Counted from the whole stretch's first letter, positions 32,232 to 42,650 are shown. The stretch is DNA of 63,990 nucleotides, filler included, from Caldilineae bacterium (GCA_037446815.1; 11 parts of 11 records of this genome joined end to end with filler, not necessarily neighbours in it), one strand, 5' to 3'. Made by a program: numbers and translations. The notes: generated by a model not told the origin, from the letters alone.

Positions 32232-34643
32232 TCACGGCACCGTCCACGTGCTCGGCGCAGTGGCATATAGCCAATACCCTCGCCCGGGTTCAAAGGCGCG
32301 CAGCGTGCTCGCCTCGGGCGTCGCCGGATTGTACATTAGCCACGCTCCGTCGGGGCCCGGCTCCAGGGTGAATACAGACTCCACCGCCGAAGCGATGCTC
32401 TGCAAGCCTTGTTCCACCGGTGTCGGGGCGTCTCCTGGGAATCCGACCAGGTTCCACCCTGGGTAGAGTTCCACCGAGTGGCCGGACGCTGTTGCGGGCG
32501 CGCCAACCGGGATGGTCAGAGTCGCATCCGCGTTGGCGAGAAGCCAGAAGCCCTGAAGGGGATTGAGTTGCCGCAGGGTGTTGGCTTCTGCCGGCGCGCC
32601 GGCGACGCACACCTTCCAGGGCGTGGCGTTATCGGTTGGGTCGTAGGCGTGAACCTCTGCCCAGATGCCGTCAATAGATGACAGCGCGCTCGGCAGGGCA
32701 AGCGGCCCGACCTCGGCCGGCACCGCCAGTAGGTTCCAGCCCTCTCGCACGGCGACCTGCACGGTCTGCTGGCGCTGGCGCGGCTTCATCTGGAGCGAGG
32801 GGTCGCCGTAGAGCGCGAAGGCGAGCACCGTCTGCTGCTGGCCAGGCGAAGAGAGGTAGCGCGCGCTGTGGAGTTCGCGGGCGCGCGCCAGAGCTTGGCC
32901 TACCGTCTGCTCCTTGGTGATGAGTTCATCTCCGAAGAGGTACGCGAAAGTCGCGCTGCCGCCATCGGCGACGGAACGCCATCCGGTTCGGTACCAGGTG
33001 ATGGCAGTCGGCGCGATGGTTGCGATGGCTCCGTACCGCAATACCTGCGCCGCCAGGCTGTAGGTCTGGGGGACGCCGTTGGAGCACGCATTTTGGAACA
33101 CGATCGGCGGGTTGTCCGTGGCGAGCGAAGCCAGGTGGTAGATGTCGGCGAAGGCCTTGCGCGTCGCCTGGCTGTTGGCCCACAGGGTGCGGTATGCGCC
33201 CGTGGAACTGCCGTGTCCCCACCACGAGACGAATCCGTATCCACTGACCCAGGATGAGGCCAGCGTGTCCCTGTCCAGCGCCGCGTCGTAGGGCAGCCTT
33301 GTCCCGCCGCTTTCCGCCTCGTACATTCGCCAGGTGCTGAAGCCGGCCTTCGTCAGGTAGGCCGACATGGACTCGCCGAGATACGCGCCATCGGTCTGCG
33401 GGGTGCCGTTGCTGTTGTAGTCCAGAACGGCCATCGCCAAGAGCGCGCGCTTGCGCCATTCGCCATCGGTGGTCTCGTAGGCGATGGTTTTCTCCAGCAC
33501 CGAGTTGATGAGAGGCTCGGCGTCAAAGGGGATTCGCCCGACTAGCAGTTCTGCTCCGAAATCCACGGCGTCATCCCGGAACTCGCCCGGAAAACCGTCC
33601 CGGTCCTTGTCCCAGTCGCCCGTGAGGTCGGCGAAGTACATGTCGGAAGGCGTCGCCCAACTGCTCTTGTGATCCGTGTTGGACGGATAGAGCGTCTTCA
33701 TGGGGATGGATGTGCTGCTGCCGATGATGAGCAGGTATTGGAGGTTCCAGACCTGCCATTTGTCCTTGAGAAAGGCCCGCAGTTTGTCGGCGGCGTCTTT
33801 GCCGGTGTGGTTGGCCCAGTTCTCGGGGGTGATCAGGTACACAGCGAACCCTTCGGACTCCTTGTGTCGCTTGAAGTTCAGGATGCCTGCGCTCTGGGCG
33901 AAGTCGCTGCGGACGGCGATGGCGTAGCCTGGGGCTGCGGCGTCGCTATGGGGCTGCGGCGCGTCCGTCCCGGGGGCCTGCGCCATGCCCGGCCGCGCCG
34001 TCGGGGCGCCGAGCCGACGGTAGCGCACGACGATCCGACCGCTGCGAACCCATGTGAGCGTCTTGTCCGACAGGTTGTACTGCACGGGATAGAAGCGCAC
34101 GGCAACCACCTGCGCGCCGCCACGGGAGTAAACGGCGCTGACCTCCACCGGCGTCTGGGGGAAGACCTGGGAAGCAGGCGGCTCAAATTCAATTGGAGCC
34201 TGCACTCCTCCTTCGCTCTCGGCCTCCGGCGTTACCCGAGCGATGTCGTAGGTGCCTGGCATAGGCTGATAGGTGGCATCTTCCAGGGTAACCCCATCCA
34301 GGCGCGCGCCCATCGGCAGGTGGACCTCCAGATGCCGCACGGGCAATCGCGGAGCGCCGGACACGCTGACGTAGTCATAGCCGTCCATGATGATTGCGGA
34401 TTCGCCGGCGTCGGTGAGGGCAATCTGCGGCTCGTCGGCTTCAACCGCGATGGCGATCTCGCCAGCGTTGTTGGGGTTCGCCGGCGCCAAGCCGCCGGGC
34501 TGCGGGATGGGCGGCGAGTACGGCGGTTGCTGCGCCAACGCCGCGTAGGGTGTTAGCACGAAAAGAGCACACACAACAAGCACGCTCACAGCGCGCCAGT
34601 AAAGCGTCCAGCGTCTTGTCTGTGCATGGTCCATGGGTTCCAC
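32232..34643 (-). CDS. secreted C25-family (gingipain-like) cysteine peptidase
   Basis: Signal peptide, propeptide-like region, YLLIIG, SDMYFADL, VGRIP, WGHGS (His), NACSNG (Cys), two GWNL..GxW modules; start may be 34634. Confidence 0.8.
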   Translation of the reverse strand: MEPMDHAQTRRWTLYWRAVSVLVVCALFVLTPYAALAQQPPYSPPIPQPGGLAPANPNNAGEIAIAVEADEPQIALTDAGESAIIMDGYDYVSVSGAPRLPVRHLEVHLPMGARLDGVTLEDATYQPMPGTYDIARVTPEAESEGGVQAPIEFEPPASQVFPQTPVEVSAVYSRGGAQVVAVRFYPVQYNLSDKTLTWVRSGRIVVRYRRLGAPTARPGMAQAPGTDAPQPHSDAAAPGYAIAVRSDFAQSAGILNFKRHKESEGFAVYLITPENWANHTGKDAADKLRAFLKDKWQVWNLQYLLIIGSSTSIPMKTLYPSNTDHKSSWATPSDMYFADLTGDWDKDRDGFPGEFRDDAVDFGAELLVGRIPFDAEPLINSVLEKTIAYETTDGEWRKRALLAMAVLDYNSNGTPQTDGAYLGESMSAYLTKAGFSTWRMYEAESGGTRLPYDAALDRDTLASSWVSGYGFVSWWGHGSSTGAYRTLWANSQATRKAFADIYHLASLATDNPPIVFQNACSNGVPQTYSLAAQVLRYGAIATIAPTAITWYRTGWRSVADGGSATFAYLFGDELITKEQTVGQALARARELHSARYLSSPGQQQTVLAFALYGDPSLQMKPRQRQQTVQVAVREGWNLLAVPAEVGPLALPSALSSIDGIWAEVHAYDPTDNATPWKVCVAGAPAEANTLRQLNPLQGFWLLANADATLTIPVGAPATASGHSVELYPGWNLVGFPGDAPTPVEQGLQSIASAVESVFTLEPGPDGAWLMYNPATPEASTLRAFEPGRGYWLYATAPSTWTVP

Positions 34644-34770
34644 GTCTCCTACCGGGTATTAGGTTCATGCCCAGTATAGGGTGTGAAGGGGGAGACGGGA
34701 ATGGGAAAAGAGTACCAGCGGGGGTAAACGTTGCGTGAACGCCGGGGCGAGAGCGAGGGCGCGGGTTAGG

Positions 34771-36189
34771 CTAGTACGCGCCCCTTCCGCGAATCACCGC
34801 CAGCGCCGTCAGCAGGAGAATTCGGATGTCCAGGAGGAGGGAATAGTGCTGGAGGTAGTAGAGGTCGTCCTCGGTGTGCCAGTACATGGGCTTGTCGCTT
34901 CGGTCGTGCACCTGCCACCAACCGGTGAGGCCCTGCGGAACGCCAAATCGCTTGCGCTGCCAGGGCTCGTAGCGTTCCACAAAGGCAGGGAGTTCTGGCC
35001 GAGGGCCGACCAGGCTCATATCGCCCTTGAGGACGTTCCACAGTTGCGGCAATTCGTCCAGGCTCGTGCGGCGCAGGAACCGCCCCACGCGCGTTACGCG
35101 GGGATCGTTGGGTGATTTGAAGTGCCGAGGGCCCTCGGAGATGGCAGCCTCTACGATCTCTCGCTCCATCTGCTCCGCGCCGGCGAACATGGTGCGGAAC
35201 TTGTACATGGTGAACAGCCTGCCGCCTTCGCCCACGCGCTGCTGGCGGAAAATGACCGGCCCCGGGGAGTCCAGTTTGATGGCGATGGCAATGGCCGGCC
35301 ACGCGGGCAGGGAGACCATCAGGGCCACCAGGGAAATGCCGATATCCATGATGCGCTTCAGGACGCGCTGGTACGGGCGAATCACCGGCTCTTTCAGGCC
35401 GATGAGCGGGATGTCGCCGAAGGTCTCCACCGTCATGCGGTAGAACACCAGCGGCCCCAGGTCCGGGGCGACCTTGATATTGACCGGCAGTTCCTCAAGT
35501 TGGGCTACGACGTTGGCCATCTCGCGGTGGGCGCGCAGGGGCAGCGCCAGAACGACATCGGTGATGCGATGCGTCGCGACGATTTTGGGCGCGTCGGCCA
35601 GCGCCCCGAGAACGGGGATTCCCCCGATGTGCTGCCCGTGCTTGGCAGGGTCGTCGTCCAGGAATCCCACGGTCTCAAGCCCCATCCACGCGTGTTCCAC
35701 AAACGAGTGGGCGATGTCCTGGCCCAGCAGGCCGGCCCCGATGATGAGGATGCGCGATGTGGGGATGCGGCGCACGCCCAGGCTCCGCCAGATGATTCGG
35801 AGCGTCAGGCGGAGCGTCAGGAGGGCGATGCTGTCCAGGGTGACGAAGTAGGTGACAAGGAGGCGCGACACAGCGCGGTACGAGAAGTAGAGCGCGCCCG
35901 CAAAGAGCAGAGACCCGAATCCGATTCCCACAAGGACGCGCGCGATTTCGTGCTCGGTGCGGAGGATGCGCTGCGGGTCGTAGGCGCTTGAAACCACCAA
36001 GGCTACAGTCCACGCGACCAGCGCGATGGCGAAGATGGCCGGGTTCAGCCCCCCGTACTGCTCCTCAAAGGGCTTGCCCCAAGGCCATGCACGCCGTGCC
36101 AACAGCGCGGCGTGGAGCGAAGCAAGGGTAGCAACCATGTCCAAGACATACAGCGCGAGCGTGTAGCGGAACGAAGCCCTTTGCAGCAT
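34771..36189 (-). CDS. polyprenyl-phosphate hexose-1-phosphate transferase (WcaJ/WbaP-like)
   Basis: KRIMD, YKFRTM, DPRVTRVGRFLRRTSLDELPQL, MSLVGPRP. Confidence 0.92.
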   Translation of the reverse strand: MLQRASFRYTLALYVLDMVATLASLHAALLARRAWPWGKPFEEQYGGLNPAIFAIALVAWTVALVVSSAYDPQRILRTEHEIARVLVGIGFGSLLFAGALYFSYRAVSRLLVTYFVTLDSIALLTLRLTLRIIWRSLGVRRIPTSRILIIGAGLLGQDIAHSFVEHAWMGLETVGFLDDDPAKHGQHIGGIPVLGALADAPKIVATHRITDVVLALPLRAHREMANVVAQLEELPVNIKVAPDLGPLVFYRMTVETFGDIPLIGLKEPVIRPYQRVLKRIMDIGISLVALMVSLPAWPAIAIAIKLDSPGPVIFRQQRVGEGGRLFTMYKFRTMFAGAEQMEREIVEAAISEGPRHFKSPNDPRVTRVGRFLRRTSLDELPQLWNVLKGDMSLVGPRPELPAFVERYEPWQRKRFGVPQGLTGWWQVHDRSDKPMYWHTEDDLYYLQHYSLLLDIRILLLTALAVIRGRGAY

Positions 36190-36293
36190 GGCTTACACCC
36201 CGAGTCGGTCTCCTAGAGAATGCTGGTGGTTCACGAGAATGTGGTGTACGTGGATCGCCACGGCCGCGCCGTTGCTGGCCGTGGCTGGGCAGA

Positions 36294-36322
36294 AGTATAG
36301 CACGCGTGGCGCGGGGTTGCAA
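36294..36322 (-). promoter_or_regulatory. sigma70-type promoter
   Basis: Minus strand TTGCAA, 17 nt, TGcTATACT. Confidence 0.65.
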
Positions 36323-36340
36323 ACACGCCGCCCGACACGC

Positions 36341-36416
36341 GATGCGGTTCCATCTGGTGTTGGCCTGCCTCGCGCGCCGCCTCCCCACTCTGTCATGCTG
36401 AGCCGAAGGCGAAGCA
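36341..36416. mobile_element. MITE, partial
   Basis: GATGCGGTTCCATCTGGTGTTGG...TGTCATGCTGAGCCGAAGGCGAAGCA; resembles the copy starting at 50078. Confidence 0.7.
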
Positions 36417-36580
36417 NNNNNNNNNNNNNNNNNNNNNNNNNNNNNNNNNNNNNNNNNNNNTTAATTAATTAANNNNNNNNNNNNNNNNNNNNNNNNNNNN
36501 NNNNNNNNNNNNNNNNCTCAGACCTGCCCCTACAGGGCCCTGTGCCTTTCTGCGGTGCAAGGCCATTATATCACAAAACC

Positions 36581-36609
36581 TTGCGCAAGGCACGCCAACG
36601 TGCTAGAAT
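36581..36609 (+). promoter_or_regulatory. promoter, probably giving a leaderless transcript
   Basis: TTGCGC, 17 nt, TGcTAGAAT; ATG follows after 6 nt with no RBS. Confidence 0.55.
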
Positions 36610-36615
36610 GTCAGC

Positions 36616-37524
36616 ATGAAGAAGGCGTGGATTTGGGCGGGGGCGGCCGTGGCGGTCGTCGTGGCGATGGAAGGCGTGGCGAGGGCGCTGCTGCGGCCCT
36701 GGCCCACGCTGGCGGATTTTGCGCTCCGCCGCGAGACGCTGGCAGCGGCCCAGGCGACGGCCCCGACCCGCGTCCTGTTCATCGGCGATTCCATCGTGTA
36801 CGGGCACGACGTGGCGCCCGACCAGGCCTACCCTGCCGTGCTGGGCAGCATGTGGCGGGCCGCCCATCCGGACATCCCCGTGGAGTTCGTCAACGGTGGC
36901 GCAAACGGCCTGACGACGATGCACGGCGTGCAGTTGCTGCCCCTGCTCCTTCGCGCTTTCCGACCGCAGGTGGTGGTCATCGCCTTCGGCCTGAACGATG
37001 CTAACCTGGCGCGGTCGTGCGCCGACGCGCACATGGAGTCGGTCTTCGCCGCGTCCGCGTGGGTTCGCGCCCTGCGCCACTCGCGGCTGTTCCTGGGGCT
37101 AGAGCGGCGATGGCGGCGGTGGCAACGGCCGTGCGGGGTGTGGGAGGGCAAGCGGTGGGAGCCGCGCGTGTCGCCGGAGGCATTCTCCCAGGCCCTGGCC
37201 TGGATGGATGGGCAGGCGGCGCGGCGCGGCGCGGAAGTAATCTTCCTGACCACGACGCCCCTGGCGCCTGCGTTTCGGCCCGAACTGGACGCCGAATCTC
37301 GCCGCCAGGTGCGCCAGTCGTGCGACGCCTACAACGGGCGGGTGCGGGCAGTGGCGCAGGCGCGGCGCGCGCACGTGCTGGACGTTTACGCGCGGTTGCC
37401 GCTTGCGGAGGGCGATTGGATGGCCGATGGCGTGCACCTGAGCGCGAGCGGGTACCGCAAACTGGCGTCGTATCTGTATGTCCGCCTGGAGCCGCTGCTG
37501 TTGGGGCTGGCCGGGCGCGGCTAG
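36616..37524 (+). CDS. SGNH/GDSL hydrolase
   Basis: FIGDSI, NGGANG, FGLND, DGVHLS. Confidence 0.88.
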   Translation: MKKAWIWAGAAVAVVVAMEGVARALLRPWPTLADFALRRETLAAAQATAPTRVLFIGDSIVYGHDVAPDQAYPAVLGSMWRAAHPDIPVEFVNGGANGLTTMHGVQLLPLLLRAFRPQVVVIAFGLNDANLARSCADAHMESVFAASAWVRALRHSRLFLGLERRWRRWQRPCGVWEGKRWEPRVSPEAFSQALAWMDGQAARRGAEVIFLTTTPLAPAFRPELDAESRRQVRQSCDAYNGRVRAVAQARRAHVLDVYARLPLAEGDWMADGVHLSASGYRKLASYLYVRLEPLLLGLAGRG

Positions 37525-37537
37525 GCGAGGGGTGCGC

Positions 37538-38182
37538 ATGGGAAAGCGGAAACTGGCGTTGCGAGAAATCTCCGACCCGCGCGTCTTGGCGGCTATGGAG
37601 GCTGTGCCGCGCGAGCGGTTCGTGCCCGCCGAGTACGCCGAAGACGCCTATGGCGATCATCCGCTGCCCATCGGCTACGGTCAGACCATCTCCCAGCCAT
37701 ACATCGTCGCGCTGATGACGCAATTGCTGGAACTGAAGGGCCACGAGCGGGTGCTGGAAGTCGGCGCGGGGTCGGGATACCAGGCGGCCATCCTGTCGCT
37801 GCTGGCCCGCGACGTGTTCACCGTGGAGCGCATCCCGCAACTGGCCGAGAAGGCCCGCGAGCGGCTGCGGGAACTCGGATACCACAATGTGCACATCCGA
37901 GTCGGCGATGGGTACGAGGGCTGGCCCGAGCACGCGCCCTACGATGCCATCATCGTAACGTGCGCGGCGGATGAGGTGCCCCCGCCCCTGATTGAGCAAC
38001 TGGCCGACGGCGGCCGCCTGGTCATCCCCGTGGGTGAGTCGGGCTGGTCGCAGCGGCTGATGCTGTTGCGCAAGCGCGGCGCGGAGGTGGAGCAGCGCGA
38101 GGTCGCCGGCGTGGTCTTCGTGCCCCTGGTGCGGGGCGTGGCGCAATCGCCCGGGAATGCAGGAGGTCAGCATGAACCCTGA
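37538..38182 (+). CDS. pcm: protein-L-isoaspartate O-methyltransferase
   Basis: GQTISQPYIV, VLEVGAGSGYQAA, APYDAIIVT, GGRLVIPVG, FVPL. Confidence 0.92.
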   Translation: MGKRKLALREISDPRVLAAMEAVPRERFVPAEYAEDAYGDHPLPIGYGQTISQPYIVALMTQLLELKGHERVLEVGAGSGYQAAILSLLARDVFTVERIPQLAEKARERLRELGYHNVHIRVGDGYEGWPEHAPYDAIIVTCAADEVPPPLIEQLADGGRLVIPVGESGWSQRLMLLRKRGAEVEQREVAGVVFVPLVRGVAQSPGNAGGQHEP

Positions 38183-40478
38183 GGACACGTACATCCGCGA
38201 CCGTCTGATTCTGCACGGGGGGCGGGGGACGGTTACGTTCGTCTTCCAGGCCACGCCTGTTCTCCAGGAGGCCGCCGCGGGCCTGGAGTATCGCGCCGAT
38301 GGCGAGCGCCGCGCCCTGACGATTGCGGGGCCGGATGCGGCCCTGGAGGTGAACCGAGACTACATCTGCTGGGAGCGCAGCGATGGCCGCATTCGGCTGC
38401 GATGGTACATCCACCTGGGTGCGGACTTGGAGGTGATGCTGGAGGCGCAGAACATCGGCGCGGCGCCCGTGAACCTGGACCGCCTGGCCGTCCTGGACGT
38501 GCGGAGCGAGAACCACGGCGCGGTGAACCTGGGGGCCGGCCCTCACCGCTGGGCGTTCTACAAGCACGGGTGGCAGTCCTGGTCGCCGACCTTTGCCCGC
38601 CACATCGGCGATGGGGTGTACATCAACCCGGGCGGGGCCGAATACGACCGCAAGCACACGCCCCATCCGAGTTCCGGCACCGAGGACTTCCAGAGCGAGT
38701 GGTTCACCGTGCTGCACGACCGAGAGGGCGGGCTTTCGGCGCTGCTGGGGTTCACGGACGGCCGCCGCGCCCTGTCGGATGTGGCGCTGTACCTGGACGG
38801 GCGCGTGTTTCGGCGGCTTGTGGCGACGTGCTACGCCGACGGCGTCGTGCTGGAGCCCGGCGGGCGTTTTCTATCCGAGCCGCTGCTGGTGGCGTTCGCG
38901 GATGACCCGCTGCGCCTGCTGGAACACTACGCCGACCGCGTCGGCTCGCGCATGGGCGCGCGCGTCCCCGACTCCATCCCCACCGGCTGGTGCACGTGGT
39001 ACTACTTCTACGGTGAGAATTCGGCGGAGGACGTGCTGGCGAACGCCGCGCAGATTCGCAAGCACCGCCTGCCGCTGGAATACGTCCTGATTGACGACGG
39101 GTACCAGCAGGCCATCGGCGACTGGCTTCGGATTGACGCCGGTAAGTTCCCGCAGGGGATGAAGGCCGTGGCCGATGGCATACGCGCGGCGGGGCTGCGG
39201 CCGGGCATCTGGCTCGCGCCCTTCGGCGTGAGCAGCGAGTCGGCGACCTACGCGGAGCATCCCGAGTGGACCCTGAAGCACGCCGACGGCTCGCCGGTGA
39301 TCGCCTGGCAGCACTGGGGCGTGAACATCTACGCGCTGGACTTGACCCGCGCCGATGTGCTGGACTGGATAGCCCACGTCTTCCGCGTCATGAGCGAGGA
39401 GTGGGGCTACGATTTGTTCAAGATAGACTTCGTGTTCGCCGCGGCGGTGGAGGGCATCCGCCACGACCCCAGGGTTACCCGCGCGGAAGCCTATCGGCGC
39501 GGGATTGAGCGCATCCGCGAAGTCATCGGCGAGCGATTTCTGCTGGGGTGCGGCGCGCCCCAATTGCCCAGCGTGGGCGTGGTGGACGCCATGCGCATCG
39601 GCCCGGACGTCGCCTTCAACTGGACGCCCATCTGGGCCGACCTGTCCGCGCCGGCGGTGGCCAATGCGCTGCGCAACACCGCGGCCCGCTACTTCATGCA
39701 CCGTCGCTGGTGGCTCAACGACGGCGACTGCGTGCTGGTGCGCATGCGCGGCGACCAGTCCGACCTGGTGCTCAACGAGATGCGAACGCTGGTTACCGGC
39801 ATCGCGCTGTCGGGCGGGCTGACGCTGGACAGCGACAACCTGCCCACCATCCGCCCTGGGCGGCTGAAGTACCTGAAGATGGCGCTCCCGCCGTCGGGCA
39901 TCGCCGCCAGGCCGGTGGACTTGTTCCGCAGCGAGAACCCGCGCGCGCAGGTGCTGCATGTGGACAGGCCGTGGGGCGCGTGGTGGGTGGTGTCGCTGAT
40001 GAACTGGCGCGACAAGACCACCAAGACCGAGGTAACGTTGCGCGAACTCGGGCTGCCCGAGGGCGAGTATCACGTGTACAACTTCTGGCGGCAGCGGTAT
40101 GTGGGCGTGCGCTCGGACAAACTCGCGTTTCGCCGCCACCAGCCCCACGAAAGCATCGTCCTGTGCCTGAAGCCCGCCTCCGACCAGCCCGACCTGCTGA
40201 CATCTACCTTCCACGTAACCCAGGGCGCGGCGGAGATTGCGGGCGTTCGGCGAATTGTCCACGGCCCCAGCGGCCAGACCGTGCGCGTGGATTTGCGGAA
40301 GGCTGGGGTGCAGCGCGGGCAGTTGATTTTCGTCGCCCCTGCGCCCTGGAGGGCCAGCGAGGCCCGCGTGGACGGGCGCAAGTGGCCGTTTCGCGTGCTG
40401 GCGTCGGGGCCTGTGGCCATTCGCTTCCGCCTGAAGGACACCGTGCTGGTGGAACTGGACTTCGTCCGCGATGAATAG
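38172..40478 (+). CDS. glycoside hydrolase family 36 (alpha-galactosidase-like)
   Basis: GWCTWY, IDDGYQ, GIWLAPF, FKIDF, MRIGPD, LNDGDC. Confidence 0.85.
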   Translation: MNPEDTYIRDRLILHGGRGTVTFVFQATPVLQEAAAGLEYRADGERRALTIAGPDAALEVNRDYICWERSDGRIRLRWYIHLGADLEVMLEAQNIGAAPVNLDRLAVLDVRSENHGAVNLGAGPHRWAFYKHGWQSWSPTFARHIGDGVYINPGGAEYDRKHTPHPSSGTEDFQSEWFTVLHDREGGLSALLGFTDGRRALSDVALYLDGRVFRRLVATCYADGVVLEPGGRFLSEPLLVAFADDPLRLLEHYADRVGSRMGARVPDSIPTGWCTWYYFYGENSAEDVLANAAQIRKHRLPLEYVLIDDGYQQAIGDWLRIDAGKFPQGMKAVADGIRAAGLRPGIWLAPFGVSSESATYAEHPEWTLKHADGSPVIAWQHWGVNIYALDLTRADVLDWIAHVFRVMSEEWGYDLFKIDFVFAAAVEGIRHDPRVTRAEAYRRGIERIREVIGERFLLGCGAPQLPSVGVVDAMRIGPDVAFNWTPIWADLSAPAVANALRNTAARYFMHRRWWLNDGDCVLVRMRGDQSDLVLNEMRTLVTGIALSGGLTLDSDNLPTIRPGRLKYLKMALPPSGIAARPVDLFRSENPRAQVLHVDRPWGAWWVVSLMNWRDKTTKTEVTLRELGLPEGEYHVYNFWRQRYVGVRSDKLAFRRHQPHESIVLCLKPASDQPDLLTSTFHVTQGAAEIAGVRRIVHGPSGQTVRVDLRKAGVQRGQLIFVAPAPWRASEARVDGRKWPFRVLASGPVAIRFRLKDTVLVELDFVRDE

Positions 40479-40508
40479 ACTGTTCATTCCAGACAGAGGA
40501 GGGTGCCG

Positions 40509-41300
40509 ATGCTTCTGTGCGTGAACGTGGGCAACACGAACACGGTGGGGGGATTGTACGAGGACGGGAAATGGGTGGCCCAGTGGCGGGTGCGTACCGA
40601 ACACGACATGATGCCCGACGAGTACGCCATGCTGTGGAAGGCGCTCCTGGATGACAGGGGCTATTCCTTCCGCGACGTGCGGCGGGTTACGATTTCCAGC
40701 GTCGTGCCGCCGGTTACGGGCGCGCTGGTGGAACTCTGCGAGCGTTACTTCGGGTTCGCTCCCCTGCTCATCGGGCCGGGCATCAAGACCGGCATGCGGA
40801 TTCGGATTGACAACCCCGCCGAACTGGGCGCCGACCTGCTGTGCGATGCCGTGGCGGCGTACCATCGGTTCCGCACGGCATGCATCGCCATAGACTTCGG
40901 CACGGCGACCACGTTCAGCGCAGTGGCCGAGAACGGCGACTTCATGGGGGTGGCCATCGCCCTGGGCCTCGGCCCCGCCGCGGACACCCTGGCCGGACGC
41001 ACGGCGCAACTGCCCCGCATCAACCTGGCGCCGCCGCCTGCCGCTATCGGCAAGAACACCGTGCACTCCATGCAGTCGGGCCTCATCTTCGGCTACGTGG
41101 GGCTGGTGGAGGGGCTGGTAACACGCATGCGGTATGAACTGGGCGGGCAGGCCAAGGTGGTGGCCACGGGCGGCCTGGTGCAGGTGCTGGCCCCGCTGCT
41201 CACGTGCGTGGATGTGGTAGACCCGTGGCTGACCCTGGACGGGGTGCGGCTGCTGAGCGAACGGAACGCCCCGCCCGAAGGGAGAACCGGTGACGGATGA
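40509..41300 (+). CDS. coaX: type III pantothenate kinase (variant motifs)
   Basis: VGNTNT, SSVVP, LGAD, IDFGTATT, ATGG, LTLDG; GTG at 40503 is an alternative start. Confidence 0.9.
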   Translation: MLLCVNVGNTNTVGGLYEDGKWVAQWRVRTEHDMMPDEYAMLWKALLDDRGYSFRDVRRVTISSVVPPVTGALVELCERYFGFAPLLIGPGIKTGMRIRIDNPAELGADLLCDAVAAYHRFRTACIAIDFGTATTFSAVAENGDFMGVAIALGLGPAADTLAGRTAQLPRINLAPPPAAIGKNTVHSMQSGLIFGYVGLVEGLVTRMRYELGGQAKVVATGGLVQVLAPLLTCVDVVDPWLTLDGVRLLSERNAPPEGRTGDG

Positions 41301-41907
41301 GGTTGCACACGCGCCGGGCGAAGAGGAATCGCCCATCTTGCTGCGCCCCCTCACCGAGGGGGATGCGGCCATCGCCCACGCGTGGTGGCGCGACCCCATC
41401 GTGCAGGGCCTGAGCGGCGCGCCGTTGGGGCCGAGCGATCCCGACGAGTTCCGCCGCTTTTTTGTGGACAAGTACGTCCGCCCGAATCCCAGGCGCATCG
41501 CGGCGGGCATCGTCGTGAAGGAGACGGGCAAACTCATCGGCCTGTGCGTGGCCTACATAGACCCGGACTTCCGCGAGGCCGAGTATGGCATCAAGATCGG
41601 CGACCGGTCGTCGTGGGGCAAGGGGTACGGCACCGCCGCCACCCGCGCCTTCATAGACCTGGTGTTTGAGACGACTGGCATTGATTCGCTGTTCGGGCTG
41701 GTGGAACTGACCAACGAGCGGGCCAAGCGCACCCTCATCTCGGCCGGGTTCCGCATCTGCTGTTTGCTGTACAACCGCGAGTTTCTGCGCGTGGACCTGA
41801 CGCGGTACGAGTGGGAGTGCGATAAGCGTCGCCGCCAGGCGCAGCCCGCGCCCGGTTGCAACGGCGAACAGGGAACGGGGACGGTGTCCACGAATCAGCA
41901 CGGATAG
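41290..41907 (+). CDS. GNAT N-acetyltransferase (RimJ/RimL-like)
   Basis: LRPLT, AEYGIKIG, WGKGYGT, NERA. Confidence 0.8.
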   Translation: MTDEVAHAPGEEESPILLRPLTEGDAAIAHAWWRDPIVQGLSGAPLGPSDPDEFRRFFVDKYVRPNPRRIAAGIVVKETGKLIGLCVAYIDPDFREAEYGIKIGDRSSWGKGYGTAATRAFIDLVFETTGIDSLFGLVELTNERAKRTLISAGFRICCLLYNREFLRVDLTRYEWECDKRRRQAQPAPGCNGEQGTGTVSTNQHG

Positions 41908-41919
41908 GGTTGGGCCGTA

Positions 41920-42361
41920 TCCGCGGATGCCGTCCCGCGAGATTGCCTCACTTCGCTGTCCTTGGCGCAGTCGGCGCAGCGTCGTAGTAGGGGCGACCGG
42001 CCGGTCGCCCCTGCATGAGCTTTGCCACTTCCGCCCCATCCGTGCCATCCGTGGATACAACGCTGGAGATGCCTCGCCTTCGGTTCAGCATGATAGGAGG
42101 GGGGACAAAGTGCGACGCACCTCCAAGGTGCGTCGCACTTAGCCCCTCACCCCTACCCTCTCCCAGCGGGCGAGGGAGCACGGCCGCGCGGGGCTAAAGC
42201 CGCCGCTTTGCCCCCATCCGCGCCATCTGCGTTGTCCGCGGATGCCGTCCCGCGAGGGAGCGCGGCGGCGCGCCAACACCCGGGTCGGTTCCAAACTGTG
42301 TTGGTGAACCGCAGACACACTCTCCTGCGTGTCATTGCGAGCGAAGCGAAGCAATCGCACG
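41920..42361. repeat. mosaic repeat cluster ending in a partial MITE (42282-42361)
   Basis: GTAG palindrome 41987-42014, GTGCGACGCAC palindrome, CCCTCACCCC unit, terminus GGGTCGGTTCCA at 42282. Confidence 0.75.
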
Positions 42362-42650
42362 NNNNNNNNNNNNNNNNNNNNNNNNNNNNNNNNNNNNNNN
42401 NNNNNTTAATTAATTAANNNNNNNNNNNNNNNNNNNNNNNNNNNNNNNNNNNNNNNNNNNNGCATGGCGGCAAGGGCGGCCCGGCCCCCGCCTCTCCCCA
42501 GCCCTATCCGCCCCATTCGCGTAAATTCGCGCTATTCGCGGTTATAAGGCCGTCATTCTGACCGGCGAAGCCGCGAAGGATTTCACCCACACCCCCTGTC
42601 CATCCGCGTGCATCCGTGTCATCCGCGCATAACGTTGCGCGATCGCCGCG

